DNA of 63,524 nt, counting the filler, from Hyphochytrium catenoides (lineage: Eukaryota > Protista > Hyphochytriomycota), in assembly GCA_900088475.1 (NCBI GenBank). It is 9 parts of 9 records of this genome, joined end to end, with 100 filler letters (N's around TTAATTAATTAA, not from the genome) between each part and the next. Parts side by side here need not be neighbours in the genome. Positions count along the whole stretch, not along the records: positions 60,489 to 63,524 come from FLMG01004502.1; 8 more parts are not named here. One strand, written 5' to 3'. Numbering within the stretch: position 1 is the stretch's first letter; every line of letters starts with the position of its first letter. Shown here piece by piece: positions 62,074 through 63,524 of this stretch. A program made the translations under genes and the position numbers. The notes below the pieces were generated by a model, which had not been told where the DNA came from, made no database searches, and worked only from the letters and a program-made list of their open reading frames with translations.

Positions 62074-63524
62074 CTGTACCTTTGCAGCGGCCTTCTTATA
62101 TAACTTATATCGGATACGTCGCCCTCCCCTGGTCGCCCAATCGTACTCTTTTTCTAGATCCTCCGGCTCCGGCCGTGGCCCCTTCTTCTGCTGTCGGTCT
62201 TCTCTTCTCCAGCGAGGTCACCGTTATCAGATTCATCTAACTTGTTATCAGGTTCTGCTAGGGAAGACGACCCTACTTGAGAAGCCGAGGCACTTAGAAT
62301 ACTCTCATCTTGTAAAGTAACCCTTTGGGGCTTATCACTAGTCTTCCTTCTCTTCTTCAAACCAGCGTTGCTAGCTGTACGTCGCTTGGCTGATCCAGCG
62401 CGCTGACTAACAATCATGTTCTGCTTATTCAGTGATATAGGGTCAAACGGGCTTTCTATTCTCGTTGTCGTTGTCGTTGCCATCAAGCTCCTCCCTGGCT
62501 AACTGTTCAGTTTGCTCTATGAACGCAGGAGGATAGAAAGGCCATAGTCAAGCAGAAGGCGTTATCACTCATGCAAAACTTTTCTTTTGGCTTGCTCAAA
62601 CGACTATCTCACTAATAGACTAAAACATCTAGTGCTCGACTTACCATAATATACAATGCGGAGGAAGAGGGTAAAAACTATACGCCTCAGCTGGATAGGA
62701 GCCAGCCACTGGGAGTTCCCTGGGGAGAATGCCAGGTCTGTTAAGTAGGCGTAGCAAATCCTGAGCCGGATCCTCTTCGTTTACTCGAAAGGGCCTATAA
62801 CCACCTCCCTCACAGAGCAGGGGAAGCCGGGCCCAGATCTGTTGTTCGACCAAAAAGAAGCCGAGCCGCACATAATTGAAACCAAGGCTCTCATCAAGGT
62901 ACGTAAATACTGCTGACTGACTGACCTGTTCCATGCCTCTCCGAGCTTCAGCAATTCTCCGAGCGAGTCTTCTTGCTTCTTCTTCCACTTCCCTAGAAGA
63001 TGATTACTGTCGCTGCCGCACGCCAGTTTGTCTAAGGAAAACCTGGCGCAAGTAATCTTCTACTTCCTCCAAAGTTGCACCATCATTTTCGTCGCCTTCT
63101 CCACCTCCTTAAGTAGGAGGTCAACCACTAAGTATCTATTACTCTGCGCTGATCTAGCGGAATCAAGTCGAAAACGTTCCTCATCATTATAGCTCTGATT
63201 GTTTCTGATTCCCAGTCGCAATGGAGCTTTTCACACGCCTTCACTCGGTCGCCCTTGAGCTCTCAACAAGCAGCGCTCTAGCTCTCAAAAGTTCTGGCAG
63301 CAGCAGCCTACCAGATGGAAAACTGACTGAAGAAACTGCAGGAGGTTCTGGGGCAGAGTTCTCAAAAAGTGCGTGACCACTGTTCCTGGAGGTTCACTGA
63401 AAGTATCACCAAAGTGTGATGACACTTTGTTGGGGAGCCGAAAAGACCCCAAAATAGCTTCCGATATTACCCGTTTGTAAGGGATTTGTCAGCACTTTGT
63501 AAGCACAACTCCATCCCCATGCTG

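Overview
Eukaryotic, intron-rich, (GA/CT)n-microsatellite-laden DNA. The exportin sequences look stramenopile/oomycete-like, from recalled family motifs only; no search was run. The window is not one locus: it is nine assembly pieces joined by eight artificial 100-nt linkers (N44-TTAATTAATTAA-N44), so only adjacency within a piece is biological. Piece 1 (1-27096) carries a dynein light chain, a SAM methyltransferase, ATG12, SPT4, two complete tandem 16-exon exportin-1 (XPO1/CRM1) paralogues, CHIP/STUB1 and an ET-domain gene fragment. The best lead is the XPO1 pair. Copy A keeps the leptomycin-B target cysteine (DLLGL-C-EMK, equivalent to human C528). Copy B has threonine there (DLLGL-T-EMK), the residue that makes budding-yeast Crm1 LMB-resistant, and an apparent gene-conversion tract starts at the very next codon. 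Other pieces hold a decayed chromovirus LTR element with a ~465-bp internal inverted duplication, a solo LTR with a 5-bp TSD, a pre-miRNA-like hairpin, fragments of ACOT7-like, GPx, AGC kinase and ALG9 genes, a BED-finger hAT-derived gene, a head-to-head TTAGGG palindrome, two adjacent intronless bacterial-looking genes (GFA and alpha/beta hydrolase), and a PIF/ISL2EU-like transposase remnant.
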